DNA from: Verrucomicrobiia bacterium
GTDB lineage: Bacteria > Acidobacteriota > Terriglobia > Bryobacterales > Bryobacteraceae
NCBI GenBank assembly: GCA_035578025.1
Contig: DATJYJ010000026.1
Span: 6,983-70,982 of the forward strand
Length of the DNA stretch: 64,000 bases
Reading direction: 5' to 3'
Shown here piece after piece: positions 22,800 through 31,331 of the stretch. Below the pieces are notes generated by a model. The model saw only the letters and a program-made list of their open reading frames with translations, was not told the origin of the DNA and did no database searches. Within the stretch, counting starts at the first letter, position 1. The number at the start of each line of letters is the position of its first letter. Position numbers and translations under genes: made by a program.

Positions 22800-23432
22800 G
22801 AGGAACCAGAAGAGCGCCAGCGCCAGGGCAGCGCCCGCGAAGAGATACACCGGCCAGGGCCCGAACGAATCGAGCAGCGAGGCGCCCTTCGGCTTGCGGC
22901 AGAGGTACATGAAGTTGGCGCCGGTGATCGCGTCCACCGTCCCCACCAGCGCGGCAAAGCCGAGCAGCATGCCGAACGCGCGCCACACCGCGCCGCGCGC
23001 CAGCGGTGCGATGCGGCCGAAGACGAGAACGCTCACGGCGAGCACGATGCCGCCGTGGGAGAGGAAGAAGTAGATCGCCGGATAGGACGGCCACGGCGAC
23101 CAGAGGTCCGGGGTGAGGATCGCCATACCGGCGCCGGCGAGCCCGCCGAAGTAGGCGAACTCGACCACCCGCGGCCACCGGGTGAGGCAGGCGAGCGCGC
23201 TCATCCATAGCGTGGCGTCGCAGAGTTGCAGCGGCAGGTTCCACAGGTGTACGCCTTCGTGCGAGTAGCGGAAGGCAAACCAGATCAGCTCGTTGATCAC
23301 CAGGCCCCAGCCGATCGCCAGGCACACCGGCCGCGCCGGAACGAGCTTGCGGCGGCACAGCACGCTGAGCACGGCGCAGCAGGCGGCGGTGACGGCGATC
23401 AGCGTCAGGTGGAGCGGTCCGAACAGGGGCAC
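22761..23432 (-). CDS. Integral membrane protein (tentatively YwaF/TMEM164-like)
   Basis: Multi-TM ORF. The start was moved to the in-frame GTG at 23432 so that it does not overlap the upstream flippase gene. The family assignment is from memory only. Confidence 0.55.
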   Translation of the reverse strand: MPLFGPLHLTLIAVTAACCAVLSVLCRRKLVPARPVCLAIGWGLVINELIWFAFRYSHEGVHLWNLPLQLCDATLWMSALACLTRWPRVVEFAYFGGLAGAGMAILTPDLWSPWPSYPAIYFFLSHGGIVLAVSVLVFGRIAPLARGAVWRAFGMLLGFAALVGTVDAITGANFMYLCRKPKGASLLDSFGPWPVYLFAGAALALALFWFLSLFAQGHDRVNE

Positions 23433-23439
23433 GGCAGCG

Positions 23440-24789
23440 TCAACCCTGGGCGAGCCAGTTCTTGCGCGTGAGGTGCGCAACCGCGAACAGGACGGCGAAA
23501 CCGGCGATGAGGCCGACGGACGACCCGAGGCCGATATACTCGGGACGCTCCGGGCCGAGGCGGATGGAGATGGTGGCGTTCACGAGGACGGGGATCATGG
23601 CGGCGATCACCGAGGGCCACCGGCGATCCAGCGCGAACAGCGAGCGCGCCAGGATCTCGATCAGGCTCCAGCCGATGACGCTGGGCGCCAGCGTCAGAAA
23701 TGCGGCCGCCACCAGCCGCGTCGATTCGGCGGTGAAGCTGCCCCGCTGGAACAGGATGCGGATCGCCGGCACCCGGAACGCCATGGCGAACCCGCAGCCC
23801 GCCATGGCGATGAGGGCGGTGAGCGCGATCGTGCGGTCGATCAGCCGCAGCGCTTCCTTGAGGCGGCACAGGCTGCGCAGGCGCGCGATCTCCGGCAATA
23901 GCGAGTTGGAGATGGGGTTCACCAGCAGGGCCAGCGGGACGGCCACGCCGCGCATGCAGTAATCCAGCGCCGCCGCCATGCCCGGGCCGGCGTGCGTGGC
24001 GTAGGCGCGGGTGAAGACGATGTTGAGGCCGAGCGCGGCCGCGTAGACCACGAAGAACGCGGGCTTGGTGAGGATCTCGCTCCACGGCCTGGCGGAACGC
24101 GGAACCTCGGAGGTCTTCAGGCCGGAGCGCGCCGCGAAGTACACGATGGCGAGCTGCACCAGGGCGCCGGTGGTGTAGCCGATGGGAAACGCGTAAACGC
24201 CGATGAAGCGCCACAGCGTGAAGGCGCCGATGATGGTGAAGACGTTGATCGCCGCCTGGTAGAACGCGGTCGGCCCGAAACGCCGGTCGGTGTAGAGCAG
24301 CGCGCAGTGCACCGCCGCCACGCCGGCGGCGGGCGTGGAGAGGGCAAGGATGCGGAGAACGTTGACGGAGGTATCGAAGTATGCCGGATCGAGGCCGGGC
24401 GCGAGCACGCGCATCAGCCACGGAGCGCCGGCGATAACGATGGCGGCGATGGCCGAGCACACCCACACGAAGCCCCGCGAGAGCTTCAGAAAGAGCGCGA
24501 TGCGCTCCTCGCCGGTAGCGGCCGTGAGCATCGGTACGAATGCGAACACGATGCTGTTGATGAGCACCGAATTCAGCGTGTCGAGCGGCCCGAGCGCGAC
24601 CGCCAGCGAATCGGCGTGGCTGCGCGTGCCGAGCAGGTACGCGATCACGGCCACGCGCACGAAGCCCAGGACATTGCCGGTGAGCACACCGGCGACGATG
24701 GTCAGGCCCCCGCGTATCAGGGGGCTATCCACGGCGCGCGTGAGAATCCGTTCCGCGTGCAGCGCCGTGGATGTGGGAGTAGGATTCAC
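23440..24789 (-). CDS. MOP-superfamily flippase, MurJ/MviN-like
   Basis: 449-aa polytopic protein. NVLGFVRVAVIAYLLGTRSHADSLAVALGPLDTLNSVLINSIVFAFVPML resembles the MurJ N-terminus. GTG start. Confidence 0.7.
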   Translation of the reverse strand: MNPTPTSTALHAERILTRAVDSPLIRGGLTIVAGVLTGNVLGFVRVAVIAYLLGTRSHADSLAVALGPLDTLNSVLINSIVFAFVPMLTAATGEERIALFLKLSRGFVWVCSAIAAIVIAGAPWLMRVLAPGLDPAYFDTSVNVLRILALSTPAAGVAAVHCALLYTDRRFGPTAFYQAAINVFTIIGAFTLWRFIGVYAFPIGYTTGALVQLAIVYFAARSGLKTSEVPRSARPWSEILTKPAFFVVYAAALGLNIVFTRAYATHAGPGMAAALDYCMRGVAVPLALLVNPISNSLLPEIARLRSLCRLKEALRLIDRTIALTALIAMAGCGFAMAFRVPAIRILFQRGSFTAESTRLVAAAFLTLAPSVIGWSLIEILARSLFALDRRWPSVIAAMIPVLVNATISIRLGPERPEYIGLGSSVGLIAGFAVLFAVAHLTRKNWLAQG

Positions 24790-24797
24790 AAAGAGGT

Positions 24798-25319
24798 CTA
24801 CGCGCCGGCCGCGAGCGCCCCCTGGGCGGCCGCCAGCGCCGTCTCGTAGTTCGGATGGTCGGCGACCTCCTTCACGTACTCGACGTGGCGGATCTTGTTG
24901 CTCTTATCGACCACGAAAATGGCCCGGCTCTCGATGCGCAGTTCCTTGATGAGCGTTCCGTAGGCCGCGCCGAAGGAGCCGTCCCGGTGATCGGAGAGCA
25001 TCTTCACGTTGTCCACGCCGAAGGCACCGCACCAGCGGCTCTGGGCGAAAGGCAGGTCCATGCTGACTGTGTAGATATCCACGCCTGAGAGCTTGGCGGC
25101 TTCTTCGTTGAAACGCTTGGTCTGGGCATCGCACACCGGCGTGTCGAGCGAGGGCACCACGCTGAAGATGCGCACGGCGCTGCCGGTATCTTTCAGAGTC
25201 ACCGGCTGGAGCGTGCGGGAAATGAGTGAGAAGTCAGGGGCGGCATCGCCCGGCTTGAGCTCCGGCCCGATCAATGTCAGCGGATTTCCTTTTAGTGTGG
25301 TGGCTCCTGGTCTTTCCAT
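24798..25319 (-). CDS. tpx: Thiol peroxidase (atypical 2-Cys peroxiredoxin Tpx)
   Basis: PDFSL...IFSVVPSLDTPVCDAQTKRFNEEA and a C-terminal region typical of Tpx. AGGAGG lies upstream. Confidence 0.9.
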   Translation of the reverse strand: MERPGATTLKGNPLTLIGPELKPGDAAPDFSLISRTLQPVTLKDTGSAVRIFSVVPSLDTPVCDAQTKRFNEEAAKLSGVDIYTVSMDLPFAQSRWCGAFGVDNVKMLSDHRDGSFGAAYGTLIKELRIESRAIFVVDKSNKIRHVEYVKEVADHPNYETALAAAQGALAAGA

Positions 25320-25352
25320 AGCTCCTCCTGATCGATTTGTGTGGTGAAGTCA

Positions 25353-27395
25353 TCATTGTATCAACTCGGCCAACTCGGCCGGCGTGGAAACCGGCAACTG
25401 GCACGCGTAGTTGCGGCAGACGTACACGCTGCCGCCGTTGCGCGCCGTCATCGATTCGATGCCGGGAACCCATGCGGCAAGAGCCGGGTCGGCGAGCAGC
25501 ACCACCCGGTTCGGCACGAAGTGGGCACGAAACTCGCGCAGCAGGGGCGAGATGTCCCCTCCGGCGAAAACAATCTCGCGCGGCTCGCCGAGGGCGAACT
25601 CGCAGGCGGCCAGCATCTGCGGGATGGCCACGGGGGCGTGCGAGAGGCGCGTGCCGAATGCGCCAAACGCGCGCTCGGCGGACCGGAGGAATTCAGGCTG
25701 GCTGGTCATCCGCTCCAGGCGGAGCAGGTTCATCGCGGCCACCGAATTGCCCGAAGGCTCGGCGCCGTCGTAGTCCTCTTTCACGCGGAGCACCAGCGAG
25801 GAATCGCCGGCCGCGGTGCTGAAGAAGCCGCCGGCCGGATCCTCGAAGAGCTCGCGCATCTTGGCAGTGAGCGCGACCGCGAGGCGCAGGTGGGCGAGAT
25901 CGAACTGGGCCTCGTAGAGATCGATGAGGGACTGGGCGAAAAGGGCGTAGTCGTCGAGGAATCCGGGAATGGCAGCCTCGCCGGCGCGGTAGCGGCGCAG
26001 CAGGATGCCGGTCGCCGGATCGTGCATGTGGGTGATGACGAACTCCGCTGCGCGGCGGGCGGCATCGGCGTAGCGGGGCTCTTCGAGCACGGCGCCGCCG
26101 AGGGCGAAGGCGGAGATCATGAGGCCGTTCCACGAAGTGAGGATCTTGTCGTCCAGGTGCGGCCGAATGCGCGTGGCGCGGGCCGCGAGCAGCGCGTCCT
26201 CGGCGCGGGCGACTGCGGCAGCGTCCTCGGCCGGCTCCGCCTGGTAGAGGATGTTCTTGCCGGTAAACTCGCCGTGCGGATCGTGATCCACGTTGCCGTT
26301 TTCGCGGACCCCGTAGCGGCGCATGAACGGTTCGGCATCGGCGCCGGCGATGCTGCGGATCTCATCGGCGCTCCAGATGTAGAACGCGCCCTCACCCTTG
26401 AGGTCCGGGTGGGCGGGATCGATCACGCTATCGGCGTCCTCGGCGGAGTAGAAGCCGCCCGCGGGATCGGTCATGTCGCGCAGGACGTAATCGAAGATGC
26501 GGCGCGCGACGTTGGCAAACTGCGGGTCGCGGGTGAGCTGGAAGGCCTCTACATAAGACACGGCGAGCTGGGCCTGGTCGTAGAGCATCTTCTCGAAGTG
26601 CGGCACGAACCAGCGGTCGTCGACGGAGTAGCGGTGGAAGCCGCCGCCCAACTGATCGTGCATACCGCCCCGTGCCATCTCGCGCAGCGTGAGCAGCACC
26701 ATGTCGCGTGCCTCGGCGTTCTTTGTGCGCGCGTGGTAGCGGAGCAGGAAATTGAAGACGGAGGGGCGCGGGAACTTGGGCGCGCCGCCGAAGCCGCCGA
26801 GCCGCGAATCGAAGGTGCGGCGGAAGATGGCGAAACCGGAATCCAGTGTGGCGGCGTCGAACGGAATGCCGCCGTGCGCGGGCTCGACGGCGACGTGCTG
26901 TCTCAACTGCTCCACGATGCCGTGCGCCGATTCGAGAATCCTCTCGCGGTCGCTGGCCCAGGCGGAGGCAAGCTGCGTGAGGATCGACCCGAAGCCCGGA
27001 TGTCCCCATCGGTTTTCGGGCGGGAAGTACGTGCCGCCAAAGAAGGGTTGAAGTTGGGGAGTGAGCCAGACGGACATGGGCCATCCGCCGCCGCCGGTGG
27101 TGGCCTGGACGAAGGTCATGTAGATGCGGTCGACATCGGGGCGCTCTTCGCGGTCGACCTTGATGGAGACGAAGTCGCGATTGAGGAGCGCGGCGATCTG
27201 CTCGTTTTCGAAGCTCTCGCGCTCCATGACGTGGCACCAGTGGCAGGTCGAATAACCGATGGAGAGGAAGATGGGCTTGTTTTCGGTGCGGGCGCGGGCG
27301 AAGGCTCCCTCGCCCCAGGGATACCAATCGACAGGATTGTGGGCATGCTGCAACAGATAGGGACTCTTCTCGCCGGCGAGGCGGTTGGTGTGCAT
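25353..27395 (-). CDS. Thioredoxin-domain protein of the YyaL/DUF255 (SSP411-like) family
   Basis: [24 protein letters not shown]...[21 protein letters not shown] is the hallmark N-terminus. 680 aa. Confidence 0.9.
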   Translation of the reverse strand: MHTNRLAGEKSPYLLQHAHNPVDWYPWGEGAFARARTENKPIFLSIGYSTCHWCHVMERESFENEQIAALLNRDFVSIKVDREERPDVDRIYMTFVQATTGGGGWPMSVWLTPQLQPFFGGTYFPPENRWGHPGFGSILTQLASAWASDRERILESAHGIVEQLRQHVAVEPAHGGIPFDAATLDSGFAIFRRTFDSRLGGFGGAPKFPRPSVFNFLLRYHARTKNAEARDMVLLTLREMARGGMHDQLGGGFHRYSVDDRWFVPHFEKMLYDQAQLAVSYVEAFQLTRDPQFANVARRIFDYVLRDMTDPAGGFYSAEDADSVIDPAHPDLKGEGAFYIWSADEIRSIAGADAEPFMRRYGVRENGNVDHDPHGEFTGKNILYQAEPAEDAAAVARAEDALLAARATRIRPHLDDKILTSWNGLMISAFALGGAVLEEPRYADAARRAAEFVITHMHDPATGILLRRYRAGEAAIPGFLDDYALFAQSLIDLYEAQFDLAHLRLAVALTAKMRELFEDPAGGFFSTAAGDSSLVLRVKEDYDGAEPSGNSVAAMNLLRLERMTSQPEFLRSAERAFGAFGTRLSHAPVAIPQMLAACEFALGEPREIVFAGGDISPLLREFRAHFVPNRVVLLADPALAAWVPGIESMTARNGGSVYVCRNYACQLPVSTPAELAELIQ

Positions 27396-27414
27396 GATTA
27401 CCCTCCAGCGTTGG

Positions 27415-28323
27415 TCAGGCCAGACAGCCTTCTGTTTTCAGATGATCGACGACGGCGGCGAGTTGCCGGAGCGCGGGTTCGGGCATGGGGCCGATGGGGC
27501 GGCGGCAGTTGCCCGCTGGGAATCCGGCCAGCCGCATGGCTTCCTTCAGGACGGAGGGGAAGGTGTGCAGGCCGCCCGCTTCACCGAGTTCGGCGGCAAG
27601 CACCTGGAGCCGGCTGGCCTCTTCGAGGCGGCCTTCGCGCCAGGCGCGATAGAGATCCACGAAGAGCCGCGGGGCGATGTTGGCGCAGGCGGTGACGGCG
27701 CCGTGGCAGCCGCGCTGCCAGCCGTCGAGGAGGATGCCTTCGGAGCCTACAAAGACGGTGAGTTCCCGGCCTGGCGCGCACGTGCGGTAGGCGACGGTCT
27801 GCTCCAGATTGCCGCTGGAGTCCTTGAGGCCCAGCATATTTTCGCAGCGTGCCGCGATCCGGCCCAGGGTCTCGGGCAGAATCTCGACGCCGCCGTGCTG
27901 CGGGAAATTATAAGCCAGCACGGGCAGGCGGACGGCGCGGCAGACCTCGATGTAGTGCTCGGCCAGCTCGTCCTGGGTGGGCTTGAGGTAGTAGGGTGTG
28001 ATGACGACGAGGGCGTTGACGCCCATGCCCTGCGCGGCGACAGCGAGGCGAACGGTCTCGCGCGTCGTGATGCAGCCGACGTTGGCGAAGAGCGGGACGC
28101 GGCCGGCGGTGGCCTGGACGCAAAACCGCAGAGTGAGGGCGCGCTCTTCGGGATCGAGGGCGTAAAACTCGCCGGAAGAGCCGCCGACGAAGAGTCCGTC
28201 AACGCCGGCAGCGATCATGCGGTCGATGAGGCGCTGCCAGGTGCCGCAGTCGATCCGCTCGTCGGGGTGAAAGGGCGTAACGAGGGCGGGTACGATTCCC
28301 TTGAGGCGCGATTGGTCCACCAT
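27415..28323 (-). CDS. DHDPS/N-acetylneuraminate-lyase family class I aldolase
   Basis: [24 protein letters not shown] and [11 protein letters not shown] are typical of the DapA/NanA family. The substrate is not assignable. Confidence 0.85.
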   Translation of the reverse strand: MVDQSRLKGIVPALVTPFHPDERIDCGTWQRLIDRMIAAGVDGLFVGGSSGEFYALDPEERALTLRFCVQATAGRVPLFANVGCITTRETVRLAVAAQGMGVNALVVITPYYLKPTQDELAEHYIEVCRAVRLPVLAYNFPQHGGVEILPETLGRIAARCENMLGLKDSSGNLEQTVAYRTCAPGRELTVFVGSEGILLDGWQRGCHGAVTACANIAPRLFVDLYRAWREGRLEEASRLQVLAAELGEAGGLHTFPSVLKEAMRLAGFPAGNCRRPIGPMPEPALRQLAAVVDHLKTEGCLA

Positions 28324-28371
28324 TCGATGTTACCAGCGTAGGTGCCGGGGGGACGACGGCCTCGAACAAAG

Positions 28372-29127
28372 CTACCGCCTGCCGTACGACAACGCCTTGG
28401 CGTACGTTTCAAATACCGTCTGATTGTGATCCTTCGCCACGCCGGCCACATTGGGTGAAACGAACGTCAGCGGAACGCAGCCCTTTGCCGCGAGGCGAGC
28501 ACCGGTTTCCGCCACCAGGGACATGGCGATGAAAACGGAGGCCATCGTGGATCCGGCGGCGACCTTTTCGGGGCGGCCGATGTCCACCTGCGAGTCCTCG
28601 GGCTCGACGCAGTTGTCGATGGCGATGTGAGCGTGATCGGACAGGACCTTGCCGCTCGAATGCGTGGGCTTCGCAGCACGGGCATTGGCGAGCGAGGAGA
28701 CGGTCACCACGGTGAGCCCCTTTTGACGCGCGATCTGCGCGGCTTCGATAGGCGCGGCGTTGAGGCCGCCGTGCGAAAAGACGATCATGCAGTCGCCGGC
28801 GGCCAGCGGATAACTTTGCAGGAAGACCTCGGCATAGCCTTCGCGCCGCTCCAACCACAGCAATTCGCGCGCGCCGCCCGGGCCGACCACGTTGGTCCAC
28901 ATCAGGCGCGGGTCGTACAAGGGCACGAAGCCGACAAAACTGCCGTAGCGGGGGAAGACATCGAGGACGGGGATCACCGAGTGGCCGCTGCCGAACAGGT
29001 AGACACGGCGGCCGCCCGCGATGGCCGTGGCGAAGGCCTCGCCGGCCTGTTCGAGAGCTGCGGCCTGAGTGGAATGGATACGTTCCAGTAGGGCGGTTAT
29101 TCGTTCATAGTAACGGATGGCGGACAT
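28372..29127 (-). CDS. SIS-domain protein (UPF0309-like sugar phosphate isomerase/binding)
   Basis: Trimmed to the ATG at 29127 (MSAIRYYERITALLERI). Contains RVYLFGSGHS and IVFSHGGLNAAPIE. The start overlaps the end of the upstream MFS gene by 31 nt. Confidence 0.8.
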   Translation of the reverse strand: MSAIRYYERITALLERIHSTQAAALEQAGEAFATAIAGGRRVYLFGSGHSVIPVLDVFPRYGSFVGFVPLYDPRLMWTNVVGPGGARELLWLERREGYAEVFLQSYPLAAGDCMIVFSHGGLNAAPIEAAQIARQKGLTVVTVSSLANARAAKPTHSSGKVLSDHAHIAIDNCVEPEDSQVDIGRPEKVAAGSTMASVFIAMSLVAETGARLAAKGCVPLTFVSPNVAGVAKDHNQTVFETYAKALSYGRR

Positions 29128-30290
29128 GTAACCTCTCGATTCATGCGCATGATGCGTGTTTGAAGAATGAAAATCATGACTGCATTGAAGACCGGCAGGG
29201 CCAGGCCCCACCGCAGGCCGCTGCGGGCGGCGATCTGCCCGACGGACCAGGGCAGCGTCATGCCGCCTACCAGCGCGATGGCGAAGATGATGCCGAATGC
29301 CGTCCCGGAGTATTCGGCGAACCGGCTGCCGGCATCCGCCAGGACCGTGGGATAGATGGCGGCGCAGCCCGCGCCGATGAGTACGGCCGCGCATGCGCCT
29401 GCCGCGACCGACCGGCTGCCCATCAGCAGCGCCACGGCCATGGCCGTACACAAAGCGCTGGCCCGCACCAGGGTCGCGTTCTTGAGCCGGAATAACAGGC
29501 GGCTTGCGACGATCCGGGTGAGCATGATGGCGGCCCAATAGCCTGCCAGCGCGTAAGAAGCGGCGCTCAGGGAAGCTTCGGCCTCGCGCACCAGGTACGT
29601 GGAGATGTATCCCCCGAGGATGAACTCGTTGCCCGATTCGAAGAAGAGCAGGAAGGCGATGAGTAGCAACAAGGGATGGCGCGCCAGGCGGGCCACTTCG
29701 GCCATGGGCACGCCCTGTTTCTGCTTGGCGGGCGGGAAGGCCAAGACCAGGAACACGACCGCCGGCACAGCGCTCAGCATTGCAGCCAGCCACAGGATGG
29801 TCTGGAGCCCAAGCGCCTCCAGCAGGGCGCCGATGGTGAACGGCAGGAACAGTGCGCCGAAGCCGAAGAAGACGCCGAGCAGGTTCAGGGCTGAAGCCTT
29901 GCGGCGCGGTTCGGCATAGAGGTCGGCCACCAGGGTGTTGGTGGCTCCGTTCAGCGCGCCGCCTCCCACGCCGAGCAGACCGGCGCTGAGCAGGACGGCG
30001 CCATAGGTGGTGGCGCGGATCAGCAGCACGAGCGCCGCCGCTACCGCGATGGCTCCGCCGATGAGAACGGGCTTCTGCCCGAAGCGGTCCATGAGCATGC
30101 CGAGGCTCAGCATGGCGGCGAGCATGCAGCAGTTCATCACCAGGAACATGTTCCCGGCCTGGGCGAGGTCGAATCCGATCTGCTTCGAGAGCAGCGGCAG
30201 CACAGCGCCGAGCAGGGCCATGACGATGCCGAAGACGAACATGCCGGCGTCGGCGCCGGCGGCGAGGCCGGCTTTGCGGATCTCAGCCAC
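29097..30290 (-). CDS. MFS transporter (sugar/fucose-permease-like)
   Basis: 397-aa, 12-TM-like protein with a GTG start. It overlaps the ROK gene stop by 8 nt. Confidence 0.85.
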   Translation of the reverse strand: MAEIRKAGLAAGADAGMFVFGIVMALLGAVLPLLSKQIGFDLAQAGNMFLVMNCCMLAAMLSLGMLMDRFGQKPVLIGGAIAVAAALVLLIRATTYGAVLLSAGLLGVGGGALNGATNTLVADLYAEPRRKASALNLLGVFFGFGALFLPFTIGALLEALGLQTILWLAAMLSAVPAVVFLVLAFPPAKQKQGVPMAEVARLARHPLLLLIAFLLFFESGNEFILGGYISTYLVREAEASLSAASYALAGYWAAIMLTRIVASRLLFRLKNATLVRASALCTAMAVALLMGSRSVAAGACAAVLIGAGCAAIYPTVLADAGSRFAEYSGTAFGIIFAIALVGGMTLPWSVGQIAARSGLRWGLALPVFNAVMIFILQTRIMRMNREVTCPPSVTMNE

Positions 30291-31188
30291 CGTGCGCCTC
30301 CAGGGCCAGCCTGGCGGCGCCGAGCAGGCCCGCGTTCTCGCCGAGCTGCGTAAGCTCGATGCGCACCGACCGGGCGGCGAGCGGCTGCGCCCAATCGAGC
30401 ATCTCGCGGCGGATGGGTTCCAGGAAGAGGTCGCCGGCCTGCATCAGCCCGCCGCCCAGCACGATGATCTGCGGGTTGAGCAGACTCACCAGATTGGCGA
30501 TGCCCATGGCCAGATAGCGAACAGTCTCGTCGAGGGCGCGGAGGGCGCCAGGATCCTTGCGGCGGGCACCATCGATGACGGCCTCGGCGTCGGGCGCCGC
30601 GAGTCTGCGGGCGAGGGCGGGTCCGGCGGCCTCGGACTCCCAGCAGCCGATCCGCTTGTAGGTTTCCTTCTTCTCGGGGTTCAGGGCGAACCAGCCGACC
30701 GCTCCGGCGATGCCCTCGGCGCCCCGGCATAAACGGCCGTCGACGAGGATGCCCGCGCCGATCCCGGTGCCGACGGCAAGGAACACAACGTCGGTGAAGC
30801 TCCGCCCAGCGCCCAGCCACTGCTCGCCCAGCACATAGGCGGAGCGGTCGCTATCGGCGACGACCGGGCGGGGTAGCTGCGGCGCCAGCCAATCGCGCAG
30901 TGGGATCTGGTCCCAGCCGGGCAGGTTCGGCGCCCATACGTTGCCGGTTTTGGGGTAGTAGATGCCGGGGACGTCCACGCCGACGGCCCCGACCTGTTCC
31001 CAGGGAACGCCGGAAGCAGCGACCGCCTCGTGCGCGGCTTGCGCCACCTGCGAGACCGACCGGTCGCGGTCCCCGCGATCGGTCTTCAGCCTGATCTTCT
31101 CGTGAATCCTGCCTTCGGAGTCCACGACGGCCGCGGCGATCTTGGTTCCGCCCACGTCGACGCCGACGGCGTAGCGCAGTTCGCTCAT
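30283..31188 (-). CDS. ROK-family sugar kinase
   Basis: Trimmed to the ATG at 31188 (MSELRYAVGVDVGGTKIAAAVVD). Later GTGIGAGILVDG and IVLGGGL motifs are present. Confidence 0.85.
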   Translation of the reverse strand: MSELRYAVGVDVGGTKIAAAVVDSEGRIHEKIRLKTDRGDRDRSVSQVAQAAHEAVAASGVPWEQVGAVGVDVPGIYYPKTGNVWAPNLPGWDQIPLRDWLAPQLPRPVVADSDRSAYVLGEQWLGAGRSFTDVVFLAVGTGIGAGILVDGRLCRGAEGIAGAVGWFALNPEKKETYKRIGCWESEAAGPALARRLAAPDAEAVIDGARRKDPGALRALDETVRYLAMGIANLVSLLNPQIIVLGGGLMQAGDLFLEPIRREMLDWAQPLAARSVRIELTQLGENAGLLGAARLALEAHGG

Positions 31189-31331
31189 ATGGGGGTGCTC
31201 ACGCGGCTGAGTCTCTTGGGCATGGGCAGGTGTGGCTCCCGTTCCGATTTCCGATATCGCGATTCGGTATTCATCATAATCGGATTGCAGCTTGGACGGT
31301 GGTATATTACACCCCAGATCCGAAACCAACT

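Noticed and set aside
25341-27695. 784-aa plus-strand ORF opposite the YyaL and DapA-like genes
   Set aside because: It is antisense to two genes with hallmark motifs (CHWCHVM, GSSGEF/YNFP). It has no motif of its own and spans an intergenic gap without regard to gene boundaries.
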